32,000 nt of DNA from Ignicoccus pacificus DSM 13166 (GCA_025340205.1 CP006868.1:1170001-1202000); one strand, 5' to 3'; shown: positions 1-9,501, counted from the first letter of the stretch. Program-made: numbers and translations. Notes: a model not told the origin generated them from the letters alone.

Positions 1-1
1 T

Positions 2-754
2 TTCTCTGCGGTAGTTCAAGATGGGGACTTCCAGATACTATTCGACGCCGGACTAACCGGAACCGTTGCCTTGAGCAACGCCGAGAAGCTCGGAATAGAG
101 ATAAGGCCTAACTTCATCGTAGTGAGTCACGGACACTTGGACCACACCGGAGGCCTCCCGAAGGTCTTGGAAAAGGTCAAGGCTCCAGTAATAGCCCATC
201 CGGAGGCCTTCGAGCCCAAGTTCGCCATGATAGGAGGGAAGCTCTATGAGATAGGCTTCCCCATGCCTAGGCACAAGCTGGAGGAGATGACTAGGGTAAT
301 AGCGACGAAGTCTCCCTTGCAGATAACCGACAGGATCTTCTTCTCTGGAGAGATACCGAGGAAGTGGGGTCCGACCCACTCCGGCTTGGTTTACAAGGTC
401 GATCCGGAGAAGGGGGTAATCCAAGACTTGGTGAAGGACGACGCTGCCTTGTACATCAAGACTCCTAAGGGCCTCTTCGTGGTGACCGGCTGCGGTCACT
501 CGGGAGTGGAGAACATAGTGGAGTACGGATTGGAGGTAACCAAGGAAAAGAAGCTTTACGGAATTTTGGGAGGCCTCCACTTGCTGGGAGCCACCGAGGA
601 GAGGATGATCGAGGTAGCTAAGTACTTAGCTTCCAAGAATCCCGAAATAGTAGTGCCTACCCACTGCACCGGACAGAGAGCTCAGTACCTCTTAATGAAG
701 GAGCTCGGAGATGCCTATCGCGAGGGAGGACCGGGGGTCTCCGTCGAGCTCTGA
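2..754 (+). CDS. MBL-fold metallo-hydrolase, 5'-truncated by the window edge
   Basis: Frame is open from base 2 (FSAVVQDGDFQILFDAGLTG...) through SHGHLDHTGG (HxHxDH metal motif), then GCGHSGVENIV and PTHCTGQRA. The listed start at 71 is probably internal. Confidence 0.9.
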   Translation, partial: FSAVVQDGDFQILFDAGLTGTVALSNAEKLGIEIRPNFIVVSHGHLDHTGGLPKVLEKVKAPVIAHPEAFEPKFAMIGGKLYEIGFPMPRHKLEEMTRVIATKSPLQITDRIFFSGEIPRKWGPTHSGLVYKVDPEKGVIQDLVKDDAALYIKTPKGLFVVTGCGHSGVENIVEYGLEVTKEKKLYGILGGLHLLGATEERMIEVAKYLASKNPEIVVPTHCTGQRAQYLLMKELGDAYREGGPGVSVEL

Positions 755-2003
755 TCCCTAATTCTATCAATGAGAAATTTCTTCCTTTTGAGACAACCCT
801 CAGCTTGCTCAGCCTGGGAACCAATATCCTGGGCCTCTCCCCCAAGTACATTCTCCAGATGTCGCTCACTACCACAGCGATCTCATCTCCCCTTCTGACC
901 CAGAGGTAGGCGTAGGGCATCAAGAAGTACTGCTTCAAGGGAGAGCCCAGAAAGGTCACCTTGGAGGGGTCCTCCCTCGCCCACCTGGCGACCATGTTTT
1001 GAACTTCCGGGAGCTCTTCATCCCTTATCGCTAGCATTTGCTTCGAGTCCTTGAGGGGAGGGTGGACAACCTCCTTCCCCTTTATCGAGTCGAGGGGAAA
1101 GCTCAGCCTCCTCATAACCTTGGATCCCACCTCAACCACATCCTTCCCCTCAACGAGTTCACTTGAGAGAACGTTCAAGAACATCATGAGGGTTGGATCG
1201 ATCAAGACCGGAACCGCCTTTAAGTTCTCAGATCTTACCAAAGCTAACTTAATTTCAGTTATGTGGAAGAACACCTTCTTTCCCAATAGCTCCCAGTCGC
1301 CGAGCTCTACCGCTTTCTCCCAACCCTCCGGAACCCTCACAGCTTCAAACCTCCCCTCGGGGAAGGAGTACTCCCTCGCCAAGCCCTTCAGCTGGCTTAA
1401 ACTGTTTATCTTAGTAAAGAACAGCTTTACGTCTCTTCCCTTTGTATACCTTAAGACGATAGAAGTCCTCGGAGCTCCGAGCCTCTTGCAGAGCTTCTTC
1501 AAAATGTCGAGAACTTCCGAGGGCCACGTGGAGGGAGGCCACTCGGAGCAGTCCTTCACGATCTTTTCCATCTCCTTCGAGGGCACTAATTCCAGCTTTC
1601 CAAGAGTCCTCGCTATCCTTATCGAGTGATATCTAAGGATCTCCCCCTTTCCGAGCCTTCCGAACTTGTCGTTGGAGAGTATCAAGTTGAAGCCTTCCAA
1701 GTTATAGAATAAAAGCTCTATAGCCTCGTCGACCTCGTTGGATCCACTATCCCCATCAAGCTCTATAATTTCAGAAACCTTCATTTTCTCCTTTACTTCC
1801 TTCAGAAAAGGAACGCGGTTGTTCCTCTTAGAGTAAACTACTATGACCCTTCCGTACTTCCCGAGCTCTTCTAGGACTTGGAGAGCTGTTGAGGGATCCT
1901 CGATCGCGTTCAAGACGTTTGGGAGATCCACCAAGAAGTTTATCCTTACGCGCCCCCATAAGGAGATCAAGAACGAGCTCAAGGAGCTGCTAAAGCTCAC
2001 CAC
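657..2003 (-). CDS. Uncharacterised protein with a possible NYN/PIN-like N-terminal domain; start uncertain (a TTG at about 1970 is an alternative)
   Basis: Long ORF downstream of nop10 on the same strand. N-terminal pattern NFLVDLPNVLNA ... GSNEVDEAIELLFYN ... FNLILSNDKFGRLG resembles NYN/PIN acidic motifs. Its 3' end overlaps the MBL gene by 98 bp, tail to tail. Confidence 0.6.
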   Translation of the reverse strand: MVSFSSSLSSFLISLWGRVRINFLVDLPNVLNAIEDPSTALQVLEELGKYGRVIVVYSKRNNRVPFLKEVKEKMKVSEIIELDGDSGSNEVDEAIELLFYNLEGFNLILSNDKFGRLGKGEILRYHSIRIARTLGKLELVPSKEMEKIVKDCSEWPPSTWPSEVLDILKKLCKRLGAPRTSIVLRYTKGRDVKLFFTKINSLSQLKGLAREYSFPEGRFEAVRVPEGWEKAVELGDWELLGKKVFFHITEIKLALVRSENLKAVPVLIDPTLMMFLNVLSSELVEGKDVVEVGSKVMRRLSFPLDSIKGKEVVHPPLKDSKQMLAIRDEELPEVQNMVARWAREDPSKVTFLGSPLKQYFLMPYAYLWVRRGDEIAVVVSDIWRMYLGERPRILVPRLSKLRVVSKGRNFSLIELGIRARRRPPVLPRDRHLRAPSLRGTELSVRCSG

Positions 2004-2051
2004 AACTTCTCCCTATTTCTATGCCTCAGAGAAAGATTATGAGTTTTTCTC

Positions 2052-2228
2052 TTACTTGGATTCCTCTACCTTTATCCCGTACTTCGCCATTAACCTGTAC
2101 TTCACGTACTTGTCCTCGGGACTGAACCTCGGGGGATGGGGGACTCTAGTGGGAGAGCCGCAGACGGGGCAGACTTCCTTGAAGGTATACCTCCCGCAGT
2201 TGTCGCACCTCCTCATGAGCCACTTCAT
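2052..2228 (-). CDS. nop10: H/ACA RNP protein Nop10 (58 aa)
   Basis: Not in the ORF track. Reverse-strand translation [58 protein letters not shown]. It has the Nop10 CxxC...CPxCG ribbon and the [10 protein letters not shown] motif, and follows the aIF2-alpha stop codon directly. Confidence 0.96.
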   Translation of the reverse strand: MKWLMRRCDNCGRYTFKEVCPVCGSPTRVPHPPRFSPEDKYVKYRLMAKYGIKVEESK

Positions 2229-3020
2229 TTACTCCACCTGCTGGAATTGGTACATCCTGAAGCCCTCTCTCTTGGCCTCCTCAGTTATCTTCTTCCCTAT
2301 GGCTTCCAGGGTCTTTCCGGCGGTCTTGTAGTCGTAGGCGGTCACCTCGATCATGTACTTGGGAGCTCCAACGGTGTAGACCCTTACCCTTATCTCATCT
2401 CCCTTCATGAAGTCGTATGCATGCATTAAGACCCTCCTTATCTTGTCCACTCCCTCCGGGTCCAAGGTCTGGAGCACTGCCATGCCTCTCAGCATCGCAG
2501 GCTTTATCTTTATGTGAGTCTTCGCTACCTCGTATATCGCCTCAGCCACGTCCTCCGGAATTCCTACCTTGGTCAGTATCTCCTTACCCTTTAACGCCGC
2601 GTCCTCGAACACTCCCAGCAAGTCTCCGAAGTGCCTCTGGATCTTGGGCTCGAGCATGTCGTAGAGCTTGTCGTAGTCCATCCCTAGCTGCTCGGCAACG
2701 AGCTTTAGGAGGTTCTCTCCCTTCTTCAGCCTCTTGTACATGAGCATCTTCTGCCTTCTCTCAGAATCCATGACCTTCTTGAGGGATACGTCAACGGTCC
2801 CCCTCTTCCTGTTTACTCTTATTACCTTCACGACTATCTTCTGGTTCTCCCTCAGGACGCTCCTTATGTTCCTGACCCACCTGGAAGCTACCTCGCTCCA
2901 AGGCAAGTAAGCTTCCAAGTCGTTGTACTCATCTAAGGTCACGTAAGCTCCATAGTCGAATACTTGCTTTACTGTTGCTACTACCAGCTCTCCTACCCTA
3001 GGCAGCCTCTTCCTAGGCAT
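2229..3020 (-). CDS. eif2a: Translation initiation factor aIF2 subunit alpha
   Basis: N-terminal S1 domain (GELVVATVKQVFDYGAYVTLDEYNDLEAYLPWSEVASRWVRNI), typical archaeal aIF2-alpha length and C-terminus, neighbour of nop10. Confidence 0.96.
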   Translation of the reverse strand: MPRKRLPRVGELVVATVKQVFDYGAYVTLDEYNDLEAYLPWSEVASRWVRNIRSVLRENQKIVVKVIRVNRKRGTVDVSLKKVMDSERRQKMLMYKRLKKGENLLKLVAEQLGMDYDKLYDMLEPKIQRHFGDLLGVFEDAALKGKEILTKVGIPEDVAEAIYEVAKTHIKIKPAMLRGMAVLQTLDPEGVDKIRRVLMHAYDFMKGDEIRVRVYTVGAPKYMIEVTAYDYKTAGKTLEAIGKKITEEAKREGFRMYQFQQVE

Positions 3021-3093
3021 CTTCAGAACCCCTTCTCCGAGACGAAGGGGTGGTTAAATGAGGGCGGTCTCCGATATTACCGGGGCTTCCTAG

Positions 3094-5580
3094 TTGAGCG
3101 GCTTGTGGTGTCCTGACGAGGTCTGGGTAGTAGGGGATGAGGAGATAGTGTGCACTTACACTTGCAACAAGACCTTCGGGAAGTGCGCCGAAGACTTCTG
3201 TGTGGAGGGAGCCGAGATAGTAGAGGCCTCTGGCAAGCTAAAGGTGGAGGGTAAGTGCGTCAAGGTCTTAGGAGGAAAGGGGAGGGGAGAGCTAAGGCTT
3301 AAGCCCGTCCTCGACGAGGTCAAGGTAAATGGATATGTAATAAAGGTAAAGAGGCTTAAGATAATTCCGATCGTTAGGAAGGCGTGGCTTAAGGCTCCGA
3401 CCGAGGTCACCTTGAGGTTCGAGGGATCTCCCGGAAAGGTGGGCTTCAGCGGGTTCATCTATGGCAATCCCGTGTCCGGGGAGGTCGAGGTTCCGGGGGA
3501 GGTGAGCTTCGAGGTAATCCCCGTCTCCCCCGGCGGCCACTTGGAGCTCTCCGTCTATCCTCACCCTCAAGTGATCTTGGACTTACCCCCTCCCCAGCCC
3601 CCCGTCGAGTCCTTGGAGCTCTTGGGGGACCCCCTCTTAGGCTTACCCTTGAAGGTAATGGTTAAAGGGAGGCCGAAGAGCGAGTTCAAGGTTAAGGTTT
3701 ACGGGACGGAGGCGAAGGGGAAGACGGACGAGGAAGGAAAGGGCATGGTTACCGTAATTCCAAAGGAGAAAGACAAGAAGGCTGTCGTGATCATCGGAGA
3801 GTATTCCAAGACCTTTGAGGTTCCCGAACCAAAGGAGCCGATAAGGCTCAAGAGCGCTTCCATAAGTGGAAGCGAGCTAGTGCTTGAGATAAGCTCAGTT
3901 AAGGACTTCTTTGCAAAGGTAATAGTTACCGGAATAGTGAAGCTTCAGAAAGATATTGCCCTGAAGAAAGGAGAGAACGAGGTTAGGATAAGGCTCGAGG
4001 AGCTCCCTCCCTTTACCAAGAGGGTCATCTTGGGAGTGAGGGTAAGGGTAGGAGAGTACGAGGAGAGCACGGAGGTAGAGGGAGAGCTGAGCGGGGTCGC
4101 AAAGGTCGTTCTCTTTGACGGTAAGAGGCTCTGGGTATACTCGACCGTCCCTAGCTCCTTGGGAATGTTTGAGCTGAGGGAAGGGGTAAACGTGATCGAG
4201 CCCCCTCTTAGGGCCCTGAGACCGTTGATCAAGGCCCCCTGCCCCGGTCCCGGTGCTATGGACTTGGTGCTGGCTATCGCTTGCGGTAAGTGCGTCAAGG
4301 TATTCTCAGATGGAAAGGACTTGGGAAGCGTCTGCTTGGACGAGGAGATAGTGGCGATAGATGTCGATGGAGAGAGGGTTCTCGCATCTGGAAAGACCTC
4401 CTCCCTCCTCCTAACAGATCCCAGGAAGCCGGCCAAGGTCCTTCCCGTAGGAGCGGTTCAGAACGCCTTGGGAGAGGATTGCATGATCCTCTGCTCCCCG
4501 GGCAAGTGTCATTGCTATTCCCTTACTGGGAAGAAGCTGTGGGATCTGCCAATAGGAGCGGACAAGCTCGAGGAGTTCTACATTCTGAAGGACGGAAAGC
4601 TGTACATGATCGAGGGGAAGTGGGTTAGGTTCATAGATGAGGTGGACGACTTCTCCAGCTACGGCGGAGAGCTTGCTATACTAAAGGGCAAGACCGTAAC
4701 CATAGGAAACAAGAGCTTTGAGGTGGACGGGAACAAAATAGAACTAGGTAAGGACTTCCTCGTGACCTATGGGGGTGAGTTCATATCCATATACTCAAAG
4801 GACGGCAAGCTGCTTTACAGGAAGAAGGAGAGGGCGAGGAGCGTTAAGGTAATCGATAGCAAGATACTCGTGAGCACGGACAAGGAAACCACGCTCTACG
4901 AACCGGTATACGAGACCTTTGAGGAGCCCCTCATCAAGCTGGAGGAGATACCCTCGGAGCTCAGGAACGAGAGGGCCTTCAGATTCATCACAATGCACTA
5001 CGAAAGCGTTATAGCCTACAAGGACTGCTTCTTGAGCTCCCACCTTCCGTTGGATCTCGTCGAAACCCTAGAGCTCTGCAAGCTCTCGGCCTCTCAGCCC
5101 GAGTACTCCGAGGTCTTCGAGAACCCGGACCTCATAGACGACCTTCCTTCCTTAAAGAAATATCTATCCGTTATGAGAATAGCTGAGAAGGGAGGAATGC
5201 TCGGAAGGCTCGCAAAGGACATATCTTCGAAGGCCCTCCCGTTAAAGGACTTGAAGCTTTACAAAGCCTTGAAGAAGGCTGAAGAGGTTCTGAATGACTC
5301 TCTTCCGACGTTAAAGGACCTCAACGAGAGCTTGTCCTCAATTAGGGAAGCCTTGGATGAGATAGGGGAGATAGAGGAGGGAGACCTCTGGAGGAGGGTA
5401 TCTGAAATAGAGAACGTCGGAGAACTCTCCGATCTTTTACTTAAAGAGAACATGGGACTGGACGAGCTGGCGATTAAGGTCTCAAGGGAAATAAGGAATC
5501 CTGAGCATTTGCTGAGAAAGGCTGAGGAGGCTATCCGCTTGTTAGAGCGCTCCAAGGAGTTGCTGGTGGAGGGCCGATGA
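3094..5580 (+). CDS. Large uncharacterised multidomain protein (beta-rich N-terminus, propeller-like middle, helical C-terminus)
   Basis: 828-aa ORF from a TTG start. Cys-rich N-terminus (CTYTCNKTFGKCAEDFC), repeated short beta-strand/turn units in the middle, Leu/Glu-rich helical C-terminus. No family recognised. Confidence 0.8.
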   Translation: MSGLWCPDEVWVVGDEEIVCTYTCNKTFGKCAEDFCVEGAEIVEASGKLKVEGKCVKVLGGKGRGELRLKPVLDEVKVNGYVIKVKRLKIIPIVRKAWLKAPTEVTLRFEGSPGKVGFSGFIYGNPVSGEVEVPGEVSFEVIPVSPGGHLELSVYPHPQVILDLPPPQPPVESLELLGDPLLGLPLKVMVKGRPKSEFKVKVYGTEAKGKTDEEGKGMVTVIPKEKDKKAVVIIGEYSKTFEVPEPKEPIRLKSASISGSELVLEISSVKDFFAKVIVTGIVKLQKDIALKKGENEVRIRLEELPPFTKRVILGVRVRVGEYEESTEVEGELSGVAKVVLFDGKRLWVYSTVPSSLGMFELREGVNVIEPPLRALRPLIKAPCPGPGAMDLVLAIACGKCVKVFSDGKDLGSVCLDEEIVAIDVDGERVLASGKTSSLLLTDPRKPAKVLPVGAVQNALGEDCMILCSPGKCHCYSLTGKKLWDLPIGADKLEEFYILKDGKLYMIEGKWVRFIDEVDDFSSYGGELAILKGKTVTIGNKSFEVDGNKIELGKDFLVTYGGEFISIYSKDGKLLYRKKERARSVKVIDSKILVSTDKETTLYEPVYETFEEPLIKLEEIPSELRNERAFRFITMHYESVIAYKDCFLSSHLPLDLVETLELCKLSASQPEYSEVFENPDLIDDLPSLKKYLSVMRIAEKGGMLGRLAKDISSKALPLKDLKLYKALKKAEEVLNDSLPTLKDLNESLSSIREALDEIGEIEEGDLWRRVSEIENVGELSDLLLKENMGLDELAIKVSREIRNPEHLLRKAEEAIRLLERSKELLVEGR

Positions 5581-5688
5581 GGATACCTCCTCTCATTTGG
5601 ATGAGAGGTGAAGAGCCTCACGGCGCCCGAGGACCCCTTTCTACAAGCTCATAAGAGGTGGGTGGGCCCACCCGCGGGGAGATAGGAA

Positions 5689-6009
5689 GTGAAGCTCCCT
5701 CCAATTCAAGATGTTGTCGAGACCTACTCTAAGTTCGTTGAGAAGGAGGATATCGACTCCGCCAACAGGTTCCTCGCCAGCGTCTGCGCCACCATAGCCT
5801 ACGCCACGGCAGCCGGAACCCTGGATCCAGAGGACGCCAAGAGCTACGCCGACGAGCTGAGGGAGAGGATCGTGGAAGGTCCCGAGATGCTCAACCCCTA
5901 CGTCTTCGGCCTGCTCGGAGACCTCATCGAGGATCCCACTGACCTCGAGAGGGTGAAGGAGAGGCTTAGGCTCATCTGGAGCATGGACTACTTGGGGCTC
6001 GAGGATTGA
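5689..6009 (+). CDS. Hypothetical small helical protein
   Basis: 106-aa ORF from GTG after a GATAGGAA-type region; 4-nt overlap with the next ORF supports an operon. Confidence 0.7.
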   Translation: MKLPPIQDVVETYSKFVEKEDIDSANRFLASVCATIAYATAAGTLDPEDAKSYADELRERIVEGPEMLNPYVFGLLGDLIEDPTDLERVKERLRLIWSMDYLGLED

Positions 6010-6545
6010 GGTGCTTCTGCGGAAAGGAAGCCTTCTACTTGCAAAGGTCCTCAGGAGACCCCCTCTGCCCCAAGCACCTCATAAGGAGGCTCGAGAGGCA
6101 AGTGGCCAAGGAGGCCTCCAGGCTCGGGATACTCGAATGCAAGGAGATAACCATAACCTACAACGACTACAACAAGCCGGAAGCCCTGCTCGTCTACAAT
6201 TCCTTAAAGGAGAGGGCGAAGAGGAGGTCTTGCCCTCCTCCAAGGCTCGCGGAGGAGGGGGAATGGCACCCCTTAAGCGCTGAAAAGGTGCTTTACCTCC
6301 TCTTCAAGGCGTTCTACTTAGGAGAGCTCGATCCCCTCCTGGATCCCAAGGAGGCCAAGAACCCCGCTTACGTGATCCTCCCAAGGGATCTGATGGCTTA
6401 CTCTTACGTGAAGAAGATAAGCCCTCCTAAGCCCTTCGGAGAGGGGCCCTTGTGGGAGCTTGCTCTGAAGGTCGCTACTGAGCAACCTACTGAGACGTAC
6501 AACTCCTTCAAGTTAATAGGAAAAGTCAAGGAGATGTGGGGATGA
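6006..6545 (+). CDS. Small protein with TtuA/Ncs6-like N-terminal zinc-binding motif, lacking an SGGKDS P-loop
   Basis: MRCFCGKEAFYLQRSSGDPLCPKHLIRRLERQVAK resembles the CxxC...A...R.SG..LC..H....E..V signature of tRNA thiolation ATP-pyrophosphatases. Only 179 aa long. Confidence 0.65.
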   Translation: MRCFCGKEAFYLQRSSGDPLCPKHLIRRLERQVAKEASRLGILECKEITITYNDYNKPEALLVYNSLKERAKRRSCPPPRLAEEGEWHPLSAEKVLYLLFKAFYLGELDPLLDPKEAKNPAYVILPRDLMAYSYVKKISPPKPFGEGPLWELALKVATEQPTETYNSFKLIGKVKEMWG

Positions 6546-6633
6546 TCGTCACTCCCCGGCGAGATCGATGACGACAGAACCCGCGTGTGACCCACTTAAC
6601 CCTCTTTCTCCCTCGCTCGTAGGAGGGGAAAGG

Positions 6634-7233
6634 ATGAAGGTGAAGATATGCGGAGTCACGAATCCCAAGGACGCTGAGCTGGCCGTAGAGGCGGGGGCTC
6701 ACTACGTGGGAGTTATCATAGGTGCTAAGTCCCCTAGGTTAATACCTCCCGAAAGGAGCAAGGAGATAGCTTCTATCCTTCCCTCTCACGTAAAGCTGGT
6801 AGGAGTGGTAGACGCCAGGAAGGAGCTGGACCTCGATCTGATTTTGAGAAGCTCGGTAAGGGTCGTTCAGCTTCACTGGGCCAGCTATCAGTCCTACAAG
6901 AGGGCGCTAGAGCTCCTAAAGCCCTATTCCGTTTCCGTTGCCTTGGCATCACCTTCGTTCAAGGACTGGCCCCTGGAGAGGCTTGAAGTCGAGTACTTGT
7001 TAGTGGACGTGAAGGACCACGAGAAGAAGGCGGAGGAAGTAGGAAGGGCTAGACCCTTGGCTAAGACCTTAGGTATAGCTGGAGGGCTGAATCCTAATAA
7101 CTTGAGGGACGTGTTGAGAGGCGTTAAGGTGGATATGGTAGACGTGAGCAGTGGCGTAGAGAAAGTCAAAGGGAAGAAAGATCCGGAAATGGTGAGGGCC
7201 TTCGTCTCAAGCGCCCTCGGCCTGCCTCCGTGA
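6634..7233 (+). CDS. trpF: Phosphoribosylanthranilate isomerase
   Basis: MKVKICGVTNPKDAELAVEAGAHYVGVI..., VQLHW, LGIAGGLNPNN, DVSSGVEKVKGKKDPEMV. An AGGAGGGGAAAGG ribosome-binding site precedes ATG 6634, a better start than 6568. Confidence 0.95.
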   Translation: MKVKICGVTNPKDAELAVEAGAHYVGVIIGAKSPRLIPPERSKEIASILPSHVKLVGVVDARKELDLDLILRSSVRVVQLHWASYQSYKRALELLKPYSVSVALASPSFKDWPLERLEVEYLLVDVKDHEKKAEEVGRARPLAKTLGIAGGLNPNNLRDVLRGVKVDMVDVSSGVEKVKGKKDPEMVRAFVSSALGLPP

Positions 7234-7326
7234 TCGACCGGTTAACACTTCTTAGTAATTCCTAATTAATTATGCCCTTGAAGCGAAAGCGAGAACGTAA
7301 CGAAAGCACTTCAACGCCCTTTTCCT

Positions 7327-9501
7327 ATGCTCGTCGGTGAAAGGGAAGTGAAGAGATTAGCTGTGGTCCTCTTGATGATCTCGCTGGCCTTCGCTCAGCC
7401 GATCCTCCAAGAGCTCTGGAGGACCCCCACCTACCCGATAGTTCCGCTGTCCCTAGCCTTGGCCAACGACGGAGCGATAGCAATGACTGGAGCCGGCTTC
7501 CCCTTTGCCGGGCCTCAGCTGGCCAGCGCCGGAATGCTCTACATATTCTCTCCTAACGGAGTACTCAGAACAGCCTTGCTCTACGGAACCGGAATGAAGG
7601 CTGTAGCCTACAACAAGTACTTCCTAGCGGCCGACAACGACAGAATAATGGTTTTCGGAGAGCTGGGAGATCTAATAAAGGTCATAAACTCCAAGCCCCA
7701 GTACGTGGGTCCTCTAGCCCTTAGCGGAGACACCTTGGTCACTTGCAACGTCGACTGTGCCGCCTATTCACTAAAGACGGGCAAGCTCCTCTGGAGCACT
7801 CCGATAAGCGGAGCCGTCCTAGATTCCCCAGCCATAGCTAAGGAAAGGGTCTACGTACCTGACAGCTTGGGAATGAGCCTCTACGTCCTCGACTTGAAGA
7901 CGGGCAAGAAGCTAGCTGAGGTGGGCTTCCCCTCTCCAGTAATAGGGGTGAGCGCTTGTGAGGACATGCTGGCGGTCCTAACTCCCAAGAAGCTCTACCT
8001 CTTCGACATAAGCTCCGTCAGCCCCAAGGAGGTGTGGAACGTCACCCTCAAGGGCTTTGCCAGAACCGTGGCCTTCGGACCTCACTGTAAGTACATAGCC
8101 GTAGGAGGTGACATGCTCTACTTCTACAACACCAAGGGCAAGCTAGTGACAGACGCCAACCTGGGAGCCACCATCTCCAAGATAAGGTGGAGAGGTCAGT
8201 ACATGGCTGCTATGTTCGATCTGAACGGCAACACTTATGCTATTCTCTACAGGGTAGCGGAAGCCGCCTACAGCAAGTACGGAACTCCTACCACTAGGTA
8301 CGTGCTCAACTTCAAGGAGCTTAAGGGCGTGAAGAGCGCCAGGGCGCTGACCTATCCTTCTCCTAAGGGAACGATATTCTTACTCGTGAGGCTCCAGAAC
8401 GGCACCAGCGAGATATGGACCTACAGCAACAACACCTTCGTGGGAGCCTACAAGCTTCCTCCCAAGGCCTTCCCAGTTTACAACGCCAGAGTAGGCGAGT
8501 TCGCTACCTATCACGACAAGCTCTTGCTAGTAGTAAACGACACGATATACGAGATCTACGGATCCACCGCAACCAAGCTGGCGAGGCTTAAGGGAGCGCA
8601 CGCCCTAAGCTTCGTTCAAATAGGTAAGAACATATATGCCATCGACTACTACGCTAAGAACACCAAGAAGGGACTGTTACTCACCTGCGTTTACTACGAC
8701 GCCCTCCACGGAATGAAGAAGCTCAGGGAGTTCACCTTCGAATTGGGGGAGAACGTCACCGGGTTCACGGTGCTTCCGGACACGCTGGACGCTAAGGGAT
8801 GCATAGTGGTATGGCAGAAGAAGATGGATCCCAACGTCTACTATTGGTACAAGGGAACCAACGGGGACGTCAAGGGCACCTTCAACCCATTCAAGAGTCA
8901 AGCGCTGACGTTTGCAATAATCTTCATGGAAACCAGCAAGGGTAACAGCGTGCCCTACGTCGCTTACACCAGGATAGGTAATGGTCCTAAGGTCCCGCTG
9001 ACAATGATATTAGTAAATCCCTTCACTAAGGAGAACATAACGGTAAAGCTGCCAGGTCCCTACAACGTCGTCGGAACCGGTGATTTCAACGGAGAGGGCT
9101 ACTTGGGAGACTTAGCACTCATAGCAGCTGCTGGAAAGAAGGTGGATCTAATAATCATAAACAGTAGGGGAACCGTGAAGACCATACCTTTGGGACAAAT
9201 CAGCGAGAGCTCAGCTCTGCTAACCGGCTTGGCTTACCACAAGGGCTTCTTCAAGAACGTATTCGGTCTAGGAAACTTCACTGGAGCTATGGTGGACGTA
9301 AAGACCAACATAGGAACGCTGAGGTTCGAGGTAAGAGGGTTAACTGTGGCCCCTTCATCTCTAGGACTGCTGATAAGTCTGACCAAGACTCAGATGTGCT
9401 ACACCGCTATAATCAATCCGTACCTGAGGAACCCCACTACTGGGCAGCTGACGCCTACGGGCGGAAACGTGTACATGGCCTCTGGATGCCTCAAGAGGTA
9501 A
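7327..9501 (+). CDS. Secreted or surface beta-propeller (PQQ/WD-like repeat) protein
   Basis: Signal peptide VKRLAVVLLMISLAFAQ (alternative GTG start at 7348). Repeated beta units such as LVTCNVDCAAYSLKTGKLLWSTPISGAVLDSPAIAKERVYVPDSLGMSLYVLDLKTGKKL. Confidence 0.8.
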   Translation: MLVGEREVKRLAVVLLMISLAFAQPILQELWRTPTYPIVPLSLALANDGAIAMTGAGFPFAGPQLASAGMLYIFSPNGVLRTALLYGTGMKAVAYNKYFLAADNDRIMVFGELGDLIKVINSKPQYVGPLALSGDTLVTCNVDCAAYSLKTGKLLWSTPISGAVLDSPAIAKERVYVPDSLGMSLYVLDLKTGKKLAEVGFPSPVIGVSACEDMLAVLTPKKLYLFDISSVSPKEVWNVTLKGFARTVAFGPHCKYIAVGGDMLYFYNTKGKLVTDANLGATISKIRWRGQYMAAMFDLNGNTYAILYRVAEAAYSKYGTPTTRYVLNFKELKGVKSARALTYPSPKGTIFLLVRLQNGTSEIWTYSNNTFVGAYKLPPKAFPVYNARVGEFATYHDKLLLVVNDTIYEIYGSTATKLARLKGAHALSFVQIGKNIYAIDYYAKNTKKGLLLTCVYYDALHGMKKLREFTFELGENVTGFTVLPDTLDAKGCIVVWQKKMDPNVYYWYKGTNGDVKGTFNPFKSQALTFAIIFMETSKGNSVPYVAYTRIGNGPKVPLTMILVNPFTKENITVKLPGPYNVVGTGDFNGEGYLGDLALIAAAGKKVDLIIINSRGTVKTIPLGQISESSALLTGLAYHKGFFKNVFGLGNFTGAMVDVKTNIGTLRFEVRGLTVAPSSLGLLISLTKTQMCYTAIINPYLRNPTTGQLTPTGGNVYMASGCLKR

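Noticed and set aside
53-580. Minus-strand ORF of 175 aa opposite the MBL gene
   Set aside because: Antisense shadow of a clearly coding metallo-hydrolase; low-complexity His/Leu/Arg composition.
1051-1629. Plus-strand ORF of 192 aa
   Set aside because: Antisense to the 657-2003 gene, Ser/Pro-rich translation typical of shadow ORFs.
6545-6600. C/D box-like sequence GGGATGATCG...CGATGACGAC
   Set aside because: No convincing D/D' boxes (CTGA) at proper spacing.
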